DNA of 64,000 nt, taken from contig JAQFVV010000005.1 in the NCBI GenBank assembly GCA_028023455.1, forward strand, positions 22,382,001 to 22,446,000, given 5' to 3'. The position numbers and the translations under genes are program-made. The notes below the pieces were generated by a model, which had not been told where the DNA came from, did no database searches, and was given only the letters and a program-made list of their open reading frames with translations. The DNA comes from Epiperipatus broadwayi (Eukaryota > Animalia > Onychophora). Below, piece by piece: positions 49,546 through 62,999 of this stretch. Numbering within the stretch: the stretch's first letter is position 1; every line of letters starts with the position of its first letter.

Positions 49546-50284
49546 GTAAGTAAATATATCAGAATTTAATTCAATGTGTTTCATATAAAAGTATTTACCA
49601 TGATTATATCAGTTTGCATTTTAAATTCATATTACTGGCTGACTTATTGTTTAAGTACCAAACAATAGGGATTTTATATGCTTCTGGTAGTCATTGATTC
49701 ATCAGGTTTACACTAGATGGCACTAGAGTAACGAATTATTGTTATCATAAGCTTTGACTGCTTTGCTTGTGCTGATGTGGATGATTTATTCCACAAGATA
49801 AGTTAAAGTTTTACGTTTTTTAATAACATTTAGATAAAAAAAATCTGTTGGTGGAGAATATTTGTTTAGTGAGTGGATGAGAAAAGAGAGTTGGAGTTCA
49901 GAGAGATAGATTTAATTGGATTTGGAAAGATCAAGAAAAATACTGCTAATGTTTGGAAAGTGATTTGATATGCAGACATTTTAAATATAAACAGAAAAAA
50001 TATTTTTGTGTGTTTGTGTTTATTGCAAGAAGGCTTTAAAACTAAGTCATCCATAAGATTAGTTGGATTTTAGGAGGTTTGCTGCTAAAAAAATTTTTCA
50101 TTTAATTATAAGAATGGGTTATTTGAGAAAGAGTGTAACGTTTGAGGTGTAAGTTTAGGGGAGCAGGTGTTTTATCTGTCATCATTTTAAAAAAAAGTTT
50201 TTTCCTTTTGTATAAAGAGGCTTGAGGAGTGGTAAAAATTTATAAATTTTAATATAGACTAGGGGAATTGAAAAATAAGGAAAT

Positions 50285-50470
50285 ATGGATTGTATTGGTA
50301 TCTCACAATGTATGTATGATGGTCAGAAGGAAATTAGGCATGCTTTGGTAGCATATACAGTACATAATAAGATTTTCCATTTGAAATGCTTAAATAAGAC
50401 TAGAAAGAATGTAAAATTTGTATGGTTGTGTAGGTCATGTACAAATGTGAGAAAAGAAGTGAAAGAATAG
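50285..50470 (+). pseudogene. PHD-finger-like remnant, probably ORF1 of the LINE resuming at ~52140
   Basis: FHLKCL...VWLCRSC matches the H-x2-C...W-x-C-x2-C half of a PHD finger; PHD plus esterase ORF1 is known in CR1/L2-type LINEs. Confidence 0.5.
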
Positions 50471-52139
50471 TTTCTAAGTGAAGATAATTTTTAAAAAAAA
50501 TCAGGAGAAATGGAGGAAAATAGAGATAAGGATGATAGATTTTCTATCTTTTCTCTAGCCTACCCCTCTGTGCCATTACTTTTCGTATCTAAAAGTTTGT
50601 AGGCCAAGAATCAAAGATTTTACTTACAGCAGAAATCATATCATATGAGGGCGCCACCAGTAAATAACCTGGAGCCACGAAATTAGAAGAATCTTATATC
50701 ATGGCTGTTAATTTTTATATGTATGACAGATTCAGCTAATCTCCCTTGCAATTCCTTTTTTCTTTATATATATGCGTGTATATGTTTTATTATTACATAC
50801 AAACACTAAAGGAATAAACGCGAACACTTACATACGTTTCAAATAATAAAAAGTTTTATTATAAAATCTTTTTTTTTTTATACCTTTCCTTTATTCAAGA
50901 CTATTGATAGAAACAAATCATTTATAATTACCTCCTCTACCTTCCTCTTTTCTATAGACTTAACACGACTAACATTATTATTCTTTTTCTTTTTTTTTTT
51001 ATAAATAAAAAAAAAACAACACAGGTGAAGAGTAACATATTTTTCGTTCTCGAAGGAACATGCACTTTTACTTATATATATAAGCGTCCCAGACTGGTAC
51101 GAATCTTGACCAGTGCAGAGGCTAAGCGGCTTACTATTAGGAGACAGAAATTACTCTGAACCCCTACCCTCTCTTTCAATATTTACTCCACTCTTAAACA
51201 TTTCATTTGCTTTCTTAAATCATTTATATTTTTAATCTCCCCTATAGTCTTGAATCATATCTAAAACTAGTTGAAAACCCTCTTTAAAGAAAAATTCAAA
51301 TACAAATGAAAATAAATTACGAATTTCAAATAAAATTAATTGGACAAAGTAAACATAAGCATTATAAATATATGCATATAAAAAAAAAACTTTCTATTGT
51401 CGCAACTTATAGTTCATGGCTGATTAAATATAATCCCAATTAGAGGTGTTTTGAAATTTAGCAATCAATAGTTCAAGCAAAAAGCAAAGTTTATATTAAC
51501 CTGATCGATCAGTGTCCGTACGCGTTCCTTGGGATCCTTTGGGTGTTGATTCACTATAATGAATTTTGTCCACCCGGATAACTTCGGTTTACGGTGGTTT
51601 CTCGGTAATGAAATCCAGGATTCGGCTAGTGTACCGGCTGGGGACGGATTTTAGTTGTTTAGCCTTCTAACATTTTTATTTTTCAAAAATAGCTCTCTTC
51701 TGTTATAAAAAAAAATAATAATTAATTAAACAATAGGTTTGTCTCTTATTTATAGTCCTTTTTCCATTGTCCTTTTATCTGATCACGTTCCCATCCAGTG
51801 ATTGCATTTCTTTAATTAATTTTTTTTTTTAGTTTTTTAACACCAGCTAACTAGAAGCCACGGCAATAGAATTAATTATAATTCTTTTGTCTCTTTCCCC
51901 CACCTTTTCAGATCAGAAAATTTAATTATGAAATTGTTTTAAAAAACAAAATTTTCTTTAATTAATATCTCTTTCGATGTAATCTCAATCCAATTAAACA
52001 AATAACTAATCTACCATTTTGTCCTTTTTTCTTCTTTCTATTCTGTTCTTTTAAAATCCCATTAAAAATAAAACAATAAATAATGCCAAAAACCCACTAT
52101 ATATATATAAACTAATAAATAATACTCCCAAAAAACTTT

Positions 52140-53760
52140 CTATAATAGAATGGAGTATATATTTAGTGGAATGACAAGAGATATAGATGACAAAGTAAGT
52201 AATGCAATGGAGATATTTAGGTAAAGAATAATTAAGATAGAGGAAGTGGTAAAGGATGTAGAAGTAAAATTAAAAGTGTTAGACATGAAGTGTGAGCAGA
52301 TCAAGAAATTAATGAAAAAAACGATAAGGAAGAAGTAGATAAGGAAGTCCAGAAGGTGGAAGAGAATGTTACAAGATGAAGTAGGGAAAGTAAAGTATGA
52401 GACAGTTTTGATATGGGGTTAATTAGAGGATGTGGAGATGTAATTGCAAGGAAAAATAGAAATAGGTATGTAAGAATATGTTTGCCTGGAGCTAGAATTT
52501 TGGATGTTACAGATAAGGTTAAGAAACAAGGGGGTAGAGATGTTTATGTTATAGTGGAGACAAATAATTTGTCAGAGCTATTGGAGAGAGTAATGGATGA
52601 GTACAAAGAATTGATTTGAAGTTTGAGTAAGGTTAGAGGAAGAGTAGGAATAATTGGATTACTATTAAGATTCAACAATAGGTATATGTTAGATAGGGTG
52701 TATTCAATAAATGAGAGATAGAAAAAATTATGCAAGAGAAATAATGTTATGTTTGTGGATGTGTGGGATTTTTTTATTAGTAAGAGGGAGTTATATAGTA
52801 GAGTTGAATTGCACTTAACAAAACAAGGAAGTAAAACATTAGGGAGTTTGATTTATGAAAAATATTATAGTTTGGAAAACTTATAAAGGGTGATAGGGTT
52901 TTAAGTTACAGTATTATCAAAAAGAAAATTAAGAATGAGTGGGATGTAAAAAGTAAACAAAGAATAATTTATTCAGATATAAATGTAGATATGGAGAGGG
53001 AGTGGATCTATAAAACTAATGATAATCAAACTAATTATAAATGTAATGGAGAAGAAAGAGTCAAAAGAATTTATAAAAGGGTAGTAAGAAAGGAAGAAAT
53101 TGTTAAAATTGGATATTTGAATATGCAAGGTGATAGGAGACCAGAAAAGTAGTTGGAATTAAACTTAAAAATGAAGAGCTGGAGTATTAGCAGTAGTGGA
53201 AACACATCTAAGAGAAATAGAAGAATCAACCCTTGAAGATTTGGTATGGTAGGATATAAATAAAAAAGAGAAAAGGGGTGTTGGTATAGGAGTTAAGTCA
53301 AAAAAAATATTTAAATATTGTAAAGTATCACATTTGTGGGTTGAGATAAGGTTATGAAAACAAGAATGGATGGTATGGCCATTGGAGATAATCAGACTAT
53401 AATAGAGTGGAACAATAGCATATATGAATGCCTAATTAAGAATATACATATACAGAGTTTCAAAAAAAAAGGGGGGGGAAATAGTGGTTATAGAGGATAT
53501 GAATGGGCATATTGAAGAAATTGATGATTTGGATAACAAAAATTGATAGCTTTTGAAAATTTTTTGTCAGAGAGTGAATTTGAACATTGGAATTTATCAG
53601 ATATTTCTGAGAGACAATACACATGATCTAAAAAATAAAATAATTTTACACAATAGATTATATATTAGTAGAGAAAGAGGGAATGAATAAAGTATGAAAA
53701 ATTAAAAGTGTTTGATAATGAAGAGAGAGTATGTAATAGTGATCATAATTTCTTTATAAT
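52140..53760 (+). mobile_element. Decayed CR1/L2-type LINE 5' part (SGNH esterase ORF1 plus APE endonuclease)
   Basis: 52400-52880: LIRG...ICLPGARILDV...TNNL...FVDVWDFF...LHLTKQG. 53100-53750: VKIGYLNMQG, VETHL, DMNGHI, TIDYIL, SDHN motifs with stops and frameshifts. Confidence 0.75.
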
Positions 53761-56096
53761 AGAAATGACATCACATGATCATCATTTCATTTGCTTGCTT
53801 AAGTGCATGCATGATTATCAATTCATATGGTAACTGGCATTACGATATCTCAATATATTCAGTGAGAATCTCATTATAATAATAATATACTTGAAGTCAC
53901 TTATCTTCCTGATAATCACATAAATGGCATTCTGCTTATTCATAAAAATTTTAACACAATATTTTATGATTACTTTCTCCCGTGCAGTTAAAGTGACGTT
54001 TGCTGATGGTTCAGTTGGGGCAACTATTACCAACATCTTATAATGTACCTAATCAATGCCTATAGTAATTTTTGATAAATCTTTAAAAAACAACTAGAAG
54101 AAATCTGAGCAGAAGAGAAAATAAACATAATTCAAACTGTGTATGAAGCATTATTATAGAGGAAAGATGGCAAAATTTAGTATAAGGTGCATGATTTCAA
54201 TTGACAACCACTAGTTAAGACTTTCATAATCCTACAGCAAATTCTATTTTTTTTTATTTGTGTAATCAACGTATTTATTTATCAAATTCTTTCATTAATT
54301 TTACTATTAGCTAAGAATCTAAATCGGCATCAATTTAATTGAACAAAATTGTAATCTTTATTCATTTACTCTTTTTATTTACCAAGAACCATTACAATTT
54401 TAAACTCTTTCTTCAAATCAATGCATAAATTTAAAGCATAGACGACAATTTTAGATTACTCCAGAAAATAGATGAGTTTTGTGCAGTTTGACTATTATTT
54501 CATGAGGACAGTGTGGACCAGGTACTGCTTCAAACCAAATACTATTAATTTTCTTTCTTTTTTTTTTTGGCATTTTAATCTTCCTTTTATATTCTCTTTA
54601 TTTTTTAAAGTGAAAATTCATTGCATCATTTCTGTTACCTTAATTTTCCTTCATATTTCATCTGCTCTTTTAAAAGTCCCCAAATTGCGCACAAATAATG
54701 TTATTTGTGCCAACTCTATTATTCCCAATCTGTTATTTTATTACATAAACATATCACAATCCTGATGCAATGTTTTTCCACATAGACAGTTTGAAGCAAT
54801 GTGTAGAGTCATGCTTCATAGTACTTGGATATAAGCATTTATTTTTGAGTTTTTGTTTACTGCAAAATGCTTCTAATCATATAAGGTGTTTGATTTCATT
54901 TATTACTCTGGTTTTTATTATATTTTATTTCTGTCATTATTATAATATAATATTTATTGTATTAAATAAATGAAAAAGAATATCTTGATGTTATGCTGAA
55001 ATAAATACAATACTGATACAAACATTGCATCCTTTATGTGGAAAATATTAATGTAATGTGATGACAAAGACTGTAAAATTTTCTAGATCTTGAAAGATGT
55101 GTCTATTCTGAGTAGAGGCATATAGTTTGCACAAAACAAATATTAATTAAGGATTTTTCAGCAAATACTTTAATTTCGCTACATAATGTTGTTATGGATG
55201 CTAACATATTTTCCCCCCAAGTTTTCTATGTTTTTAGTCCATATCAAAGTCAAAAGAATATTTTTTAGCAAGCACTTATTTCTCTAAAATAAAATTTAAC
55301 AAAGTAGATCAATTCCATTCACTTTTCTTCAGCATTATAGAGCAATAATTAACACATATATACCAAAATTCCATATCTTCCCAATAATAAAATCAAAGGT
55401 ACATTTTTTTTAAATTTTTGAAGAAAAAAAGCAATTTTATCTTTTTATTTGGCCATTATTAATTTTAATATAGATGGAACACCATTATTTTAAAATCCTT
55501 GATCTTTGACTCATTTTAGATTAGGAAATTTTATGGATATAATTATAATGATGAAAAGGGGAAATGCTTAAAAAATATTTCCATATTTATTTTTTTAAAA
55601 AGATTATTAATTAAAGAAAAATTAAAATTATTAAATGAACAAAATCAAATGTAATTTATCAATATAATTTAAATATAAATTATTAGATATAATTTAAGCA
55701 AATTTTACTTAAAAAGATTAAGAAAAATAAATTGAACAAAATTAAATATAATTTATTATCATAAATATTGTTAAAAAATTGTGGCCTTTTTATATGCCAT
55801 TTAACAAATTATAATCTTTGGGCATCGTATAAGTGACTAGATAATAGATGATTCATTATTGTTTTTTCTGTTATATTTCATTCGATGACATGTTTATTAT
55901 AGAGGTAGTAAGTTTTTATCATATGATCATCATTCTGCATATTGATTGCATTGCCATCTGGCGTCCAATGACTAATCTGTTTTCACTGTGAAGGAATAGA
56001 ATATAGATATCATTACAGTGTAATTAAAGATTGTATATAAAATTTTCTTTTCTAATATTAATTAATTTGTTAATTTTTTTGTATGTTGATGTTTAG

Positions 56097-56222
56097 CTAC
56101 CATTGATGATTTATGTCGTGCCAGAAAATGTCCTGTGAAGTCAAAATGTCGAGTCATAAATAAAGCTGCACAATGCTTTTGTCCAGATGGATCAATAATG
56201 CTGAATGGTGATGATTCGTGTG
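56097..56222 (+). CDS. EGF-like exon 15 (type D)
   Basis: gtttag|...|gtatga, 126 nt: TIDDLCRARKCPVKSKCRVINKAAQCFCPDGSIMLNGDDSC. Confidence 0.92.
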
Positions 56223-58212
56223 GTATGATTTTATTATTATTATTTATTTATGTAAACTAAATTAACAGTTAATTAATTTTGAAAGCCATTGTGTTTGAAA
56301 TATAATTTAAGCTATCAATCTTTATTTATAATAAAGAATTATGTTTAACAGTTTGGCAAGTTAATTATCTGACCAACATTTAACTAGGAATAGAAATTTA
56401 CTAACTATTCAGTTTTATTTTCTAGTTACCATTAATAATTTCTAATATTTACTAAGGCTGTAACCTTATGAATAAGCATCTGAAAAATTCGAAGGTAGGG
56501 ACCTCTACAGGTCTTAGCCACAAGCTTATGCTCAGAAGAGATATAACTAGGTTGCACTTGTGATTTGTAATTAATTAATGAAAATTTTTCATGAGATTAT
56601 TTTATGTGTCATTATAGTAATGGAGCTTATACTTCAAATACCTTAATTTTGTTTGTAACTATATTAATAATACGGATTAAATCTCATTGAGTAACCAATT
56701 TTCTGTAATTTTGATTATCATTTTGCAGTCAGTGTGGTTATGTTTATTGATAGCGATTCATCTGTAATGGTAATGATGAAGTCAATGATTATCAGAGTTG
56801 GTAATAAATATACTGAGCTTCAGCTCTTACTTAACTATAAGACACTGACTACATCTTATTGGTTGCTTTAACTTTAAGCTGATAAAGGGTTAATTGAAAG
56901 AATGATTAGATATGTTAATTTTAATCACTACTGTGTGTCCCCAAAAATAATAAAACAACTGTATAATAAAACTTGACAGAATAGCAACACATATATTTAG
57001 CAATAGTAATTTATTAAAAATTTGGAAAAATAATTACTATATTCATCTTTAACACTAATAAAAAGTCTGCATTTGAGCGAGCTTAATTTACTGGTTAATT
57101 ATTGAATAGCGAATACTGATTGTACAATTAAGGAAAAGCTACTAATTAACTTTATCTTCACAACCATCTATAGGCTTTATAATACAATCCTCAATGAGTG
57201 TCTTGAGGCGTTTCAAAATAATAATAAGACCGAGATGGTTTATTAAAAGTACTAGTCAGCTTGGTAACCTACAGGAGCCGAGATCCTGGGAATGAAGTCG
57301 TCCGATGATGATCTTCACTGCTCTTCAATTTACAGAAGCACTAACAGTAGCAGCTACCACAGAAAAAGCAAGCAGACTTTTTTCTCTAGCTTTTTTTACC
57401 ATCTCTTCTTTTGTCTCTCTTATCTTTTCTGGAGTAAATTTTTTGGCTTTTAATCAGTTCATATTATTTAGAGTTTATTTTCATACAATGAAATTCCTCA
57501 GCTTTTTAATTGTATAATTAATTACACTCTTAGGAATTTATTTCCATACATGGTAATGTTTTTTAGATCTATAATATTAATTAATCTTAGGAATTTATTT
57601 CCGTATCTGTAAGGTTTTAGATCTATAAAAATTCATTTCTATATAAGGTAATTTATAAAGTCTATTTCATTAATCAATATATACATGCGACTATGTTTAT
57701 TTAAATTACGTTTAATTGAAACATTTCTTTTCAACGATATATTTATCAGCACTCTTACATTTAAAATATTTAATGTTTTGCAACTAAATTCAAGCTCTGT
57801 GATGGGTTGCAAATAGTTTATTGAAAACTTGTATAATAATGGTATAGATTTTTTTTTTATTAGAAATATTTTCAAAAAAAAAATAAATTTGTTTAGCAAA
57901 AAATAATGACTATTTGAAAGTAAAATATGATTGTTGCTCTATTTAGAAAATAAAAACTTAAAAATTTCAAATTTAATTTAATTACAATAATAAATAAATT
58001 TAAAAAAAGGTTAAGAAAAAAAATCAAATGGATTATTGCTTGGGAGCTTATAAGAAATTTGGGTACCAGAAATGACAGATCTGGGCCATGACTTTTGCCA
58101 CTGTCCCTGCATCAAACCACATGGTGTGAGAAAAAAAAAATTATATGATGAAACTGTAACTTTTGTCAGATTTGCACATTGAAGTGCTAAAGGTCAAGCA
58201 AGAATATATATG

Positions 58213-58683
58213 CTTGTGTATAACTGTTGTTAAAACAGGCAAAACTCACTATATATATTGCCACACACAGCAAGCTAGAGTAATCAATGGATGCCAGAAG
58301 GCTTGTGCATAAAATTCCCATCTAGTGCCTATTCATCCAATATGTATGGGTACTGAACTGGCTTCAGACCCATATGACTATATAAGCTGGTGGGCTTGGA
58401 TTGAAAACATTAAGGTGTTTTCAGTTTAAGACTCATGGTTTTGTAGTTATATGGAGATAAAAGATGGTTGCTGGAGGGTTGCATTAGATCCTAAGATATA
58501 GATGCAGAGCACTCAGATCCAAGGCTCCTCACTGATGAAGGCCACAAACCAGAAACTAGTCTGGGGATATTGGATGAGTAGGCACTAGATGGGGATTTTA
58601 TGCACAAGCCTTCTGGTATCCATTGATTACTCTAGCTTGCTGTGTGTGGCAATATATATAGTGAGTTTTGCCTGTTTTAACAA
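58213..58683. mobile_element. F1 fold-back, reversed polarity (partial tail on left); hammerhead at 58526-58567 (+)
   Basis: Direct repeat CAAGAATATATATG at 58199-58212 and 58681-58694. Both arms share a private variant block. Confidence 0.85.
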
Positions 58684-61285
58684 GAATATATATGTGTGCG
58701 CAAAAATAAGGCTACCATTTCAATTTTTGCTAATTTTATTTATTATTTTCTTTTTTTGCATATATGAATAAAACTGTTCTGTATGTTCATTATCATGAGC
58801 TTTTTTTTAATTATATATAATGCAACCTTGTTTGTTTTTCTAAGTCATAAGTTGTTTGTTCTAAGTCAAGACTTTTATTAACAGTTTAATTTCATTAGAA
58901 ATAATTTTACCTTCATCTACTATAGTATTGTTGTTTTTCTTAGTAATTTTGTATATCTTATTTAAAATCTGTTTTGGAATTCTCAAGAGTATTAAAGTGA
59001 GCCTATTGCATTTCACTACTAATAATTGTCTAAGTCTTATTTTTGTCATTAGTCACTAGAAGGCAGTGTCATAGCATTTCCATAACTTTACCAGTTAAGT
59101 GATTATTGAGATAGGATAACAGATTTCATCCATCCCTTGCTCTGAATTATGGCATCTTCTATTATTCATTGAGTAAATCAAAGCCTTCTTAAATATCTGT
59201 ATCAGAATGCTAGTATATAATGCAGAGAAATAAATCAATAGAATCATTTGGTTTTTAATTTGGTAGAGTCCATTATTCTTTCAAAAGATGACTGTAGAAA
59301 GCTAACAAAAATATCTAATTACTGAACTAGTTTTATTGTTTTGTGGCTGAAGAAGAAAGATAATTTGGATTCAAAAACTTTCAACTCATTAGTTTGAATA
59401 TCAAATGATTTGATTGAGTGATTGGAAGTAATACTTGAATGATGATAGGCTAGTACAGATTACGAGCATCTTAACCTTTTTCCTTAATGATTATCAGTTA
59501 AACAAAAGCTTATATGACTGGCTATCAGTGAAATAGGGATTATTAGTGTTGAATGAAGAGAAGTGGATTTGAGTTAAAATATATGTAAATTAAGCAAAAA
59601 TAATTTCTGAAAACTAAGAATGATATGCTCATACATTTGTTGGTCTTTCTGGAAATAAAGTATTAAGTTTATTTATTAGCCAGATTTTAAAAGTGGTATA
59701 AGTTATATTGAAATTATAATTAAGTATTATGAGGTGAAGAAATATCACCTTATAACATTAACATAAATTTAAGCTAAGCACATCACTTATCAGGCTTATT
59801 TTCTAACATATGTAAATTATCCTTTTATATTGCTTTGACAATTTGTAAAAGAGGTTGGTATATTGATATACCTTATCAACAACATTTGGAAAGGTGGTCG
59901 TTCCAATGTTTATATATAATTATACTGGATTAATTTATTATATCATATTTATTCATAGATTGTTAGTTATTTCAAACTGATTTAAAAATGAGCCAGGATT
60001 ATCTCTGCCGTGTGAAGTTTAATGCATGAAAATTTTAAGAGGTCTTGTTCACATTTGCATCTAATTCAGTGCTCAGCCTAAATAATATCACTTATCGATA
60101 GATTTGTTTTCTCTATAAAAGTCAGAGCTATCATGTGTAAATGGTCATTTTATTTTGCTTTGAGAGTTTGATAAAAAAAAACCCTGATATATTGACATTA
60201 CTAACAGGATTACAGACTTATGTATATCTACACAGACACATATATAATTCTATTTATTATCATAATTATATTATTTCTTTTTCAAATAACCTGAGATGTT
60301 TTCTGATCTTTATCAGAAATTTAATTAATAGTAATTTCTGTTTAATCCAAATCTCACAATCTGATAAGTTTTTACTTAAAGAACTCATTCTTTGATCTAA
60401 ACATGTTCTAATTGTATCTACAAATAAACTTTCTGGTCTTTAAAATTATATTATCCAATCATTTTGCCAGTACTAGTCATAATGTCTTAGCATATAACAA
60501 TATATATATAAATTTGTGTCAAAAAAAATTTTATGGTAATAAAATAAGTAATTAAGTGGTTTGATGCTTCGGAGCTCTTTTATATTTAAGTACAAGATTG
60601 AGCCACAACTCAGGGACTTTTAATTGTTGAACGCATTATTCTGTCACTGGACTAAATCATGGAATTTAATTGACAGACTCAAGAAATAAATCTTTTTGGA
60701 TTATCACTTAACTTTGCCACTTCTGATATTAAAAATATCACATGATCTCCAGAATGATAAACCATTTGCCTAAAATAGACTTATTCACATGCAAGATCAT
60801 GTCATGTTTGAGCACAGGAAGAGGCAGGTTGAGTTTGATTCAGGAACCTTTAGCTTCTAAATCTAATATTTTGCTGCTGCTTTAAAATGTCCAGAGAATT
60901 TTTGATAGATTATTTCCATCTGACTAAAGTGAAAAAAGTCGAGTCATTGGAAACTTATTAGAAGTATTTATGCACTGTCAATTATCTGCCAATCATCATC
61001 CAAGCATCTTCTTATCTTTCATTCTAATTTTAAAGATTGTATGTTTCTCCTTATTTTAAAATTATTTATTTAACTTTTTTTTTTCTTCTTTTTTTTTTTA
61101 TACTGTTGTGTAGCAATATATACTTAGATTTTTTCATGGGATTGCATATAACTTTAAGCATAATAAAAAGAATTTAATCAAAAGTTTCGCATTGCAATGT
61201 TATTTTTAGATTTAATCAAAAATATTTATAAGCATTAAGTATGTAAAGGTAAAATATTATTTAAAGGATCTTTTTTTATTTTCAG

Positions 61286-61324
61286 AACCTTCTTCACCAT
61301 CTCCCACTACACCCACTATTATTG
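61286..61324 (+). CDS. Ser/Thr/Pro-rich linker exon
   Basis: tttttttattttcag|...|gtaagt, 39 nt, phase 1-1: PSSPSPTTPTII. Confidence 0.8.
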
Positions 61325-62999
61325 GTAAGTTTGTTTGTTTTTTTTTAAAAAAAGACTGTTAATCTTTAATGCAAATTATTATAGCTATAATGGGCTTGTT
61401 AAATAATATTCTGGAAAAAGATTTATTGATTTCAATGAGGCTGTTTAAGAAATAAGAATGCATTTAATCATTATTTTGTTATATCATATAATGATCTTTT
61501 AAATGGCTAGCCTCGTCACATGATTATCTCATGCTTTTTTGGTAGAATTATTTAATGTAAGCTTGAGATCATATGGATATAATGCTACAATATCCTCCAT
61601 CTTAAGTCTATGTTCTGATCACAGGATTAAGGATTCAAAGCTTGAACTATTTTATTTATACATCTAACAGAAATCTTTTACTCCTTTATACTATTCAAAG
61701 TAGCAGCCTGAAATTTAAAAAAAACCATGAGGTTTCAGGTGCAAGCCAGTTCACAATCATAAATTTTATAGATTAGATATTGGATCACTTTTTATATATT
61801 TTAGATAACTCAATTTTATTCCAACTGTAAGCCTCTTCTACTTTTTGGCTAAGGAGGTTAATATTATAATAATATCACAATACTTTCTCATATTCATCCA
61901 AATCATATGTTATTGCAATACAAGATGTTATATGTTGAACTTTGATCCAAGAACATTTAACCCTTCGTTCTACTACTACACTAATCCATACAGAATATAA
62001 ATGAATGGTTTAATTGCCCAGAAGGTCCTGTGACAGACAAACACTGCAAATGGCAGGTAGAGCTTCTATTCAAAATCCTTTGAGTCTATCATCTTTCTAC
62101 TGCACTAGACTGCACATCCCAATTAACATCTTTATAATAATTGCTGTTTAATAAAATTCCTATTTAGAAATTATTTTATTGTTTAAGAGTCATTGTAATA
62201 TAATGATCTTTTTTTATAAGATGAGAAAATTGTTTTTGGAAAAGTGTTTATAGAGAGTGGTGAGCGGGGAAAGTTCTCATGAAGGCTGATTAAGATTTAT
62301 CGATATACTTTGTTTTATTTTATATATATATTTTATGCTTTTTCCCCCATGTTACAAAGGTCATCTTTGTGGCAACAGATGGAAATTGTTGATGCTAATC
62401 TACTTTAATTTTTGTCATGCTAAGATTTCTTTTTATATTGGTCTAAAATAAATTGTTACATGTTCCAGGAGTTGTGCTTTTTTATAATTTTAAACTTTCA
62501 TTCATATATATATTGCAGTGTTATTATCATCATTAATATCTAAAGTAGCCATTAAATAAGCTAATTCAATCATCCTCATAGATGAATAAAGATGGAAGAA
62601 GCATCATTAGCCAGACTTCTTTCCTAGTAATAAAGGGATACTTTTTTTTCTTATTTTACTCTATAACTAAAAATAGCTAGATTTCCATTTAAACTGATTA
62701 ATATCATATGGTTAAAATCTTTTATTTCGTATATGTCATAAGGATGGAGACTGATTCATTGCTTGTATTGCATAAAGTCCTAATCACTGAATTCAGTTCC
62801 AATATTTTCTGTGGATAATAGCAAATCTCTATATAATATACGCAGGTAACATACACATTCCAATAATAGTATCAAATTAAGAAATTGGGCACAGAAAAAC
62901 ATCAACAAAAATATTTAATAAATAAATAGAATAATGCAGTTATGAAAAAGGCAATACCTAATTACGTAATTAATCACACTACAGAGATATATCTTATAG

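Noticed and set aside
8406-56222. Gene symbols such as dumpy, Notch or fibrillin
   Set aside because: Only generic EGF-like modules are visible; no DPY, LNR, TB or calcium-binding consensus, so orthology cannot be assigned.
1234-58683. Classifying the palindromes as MITEs (DNA transposons)
   Set aside because: Arms are asymmetric and variable in length, one end always has an unpaired tail, duplications are 12-15 bp, and most families carry hammerhead motifs.
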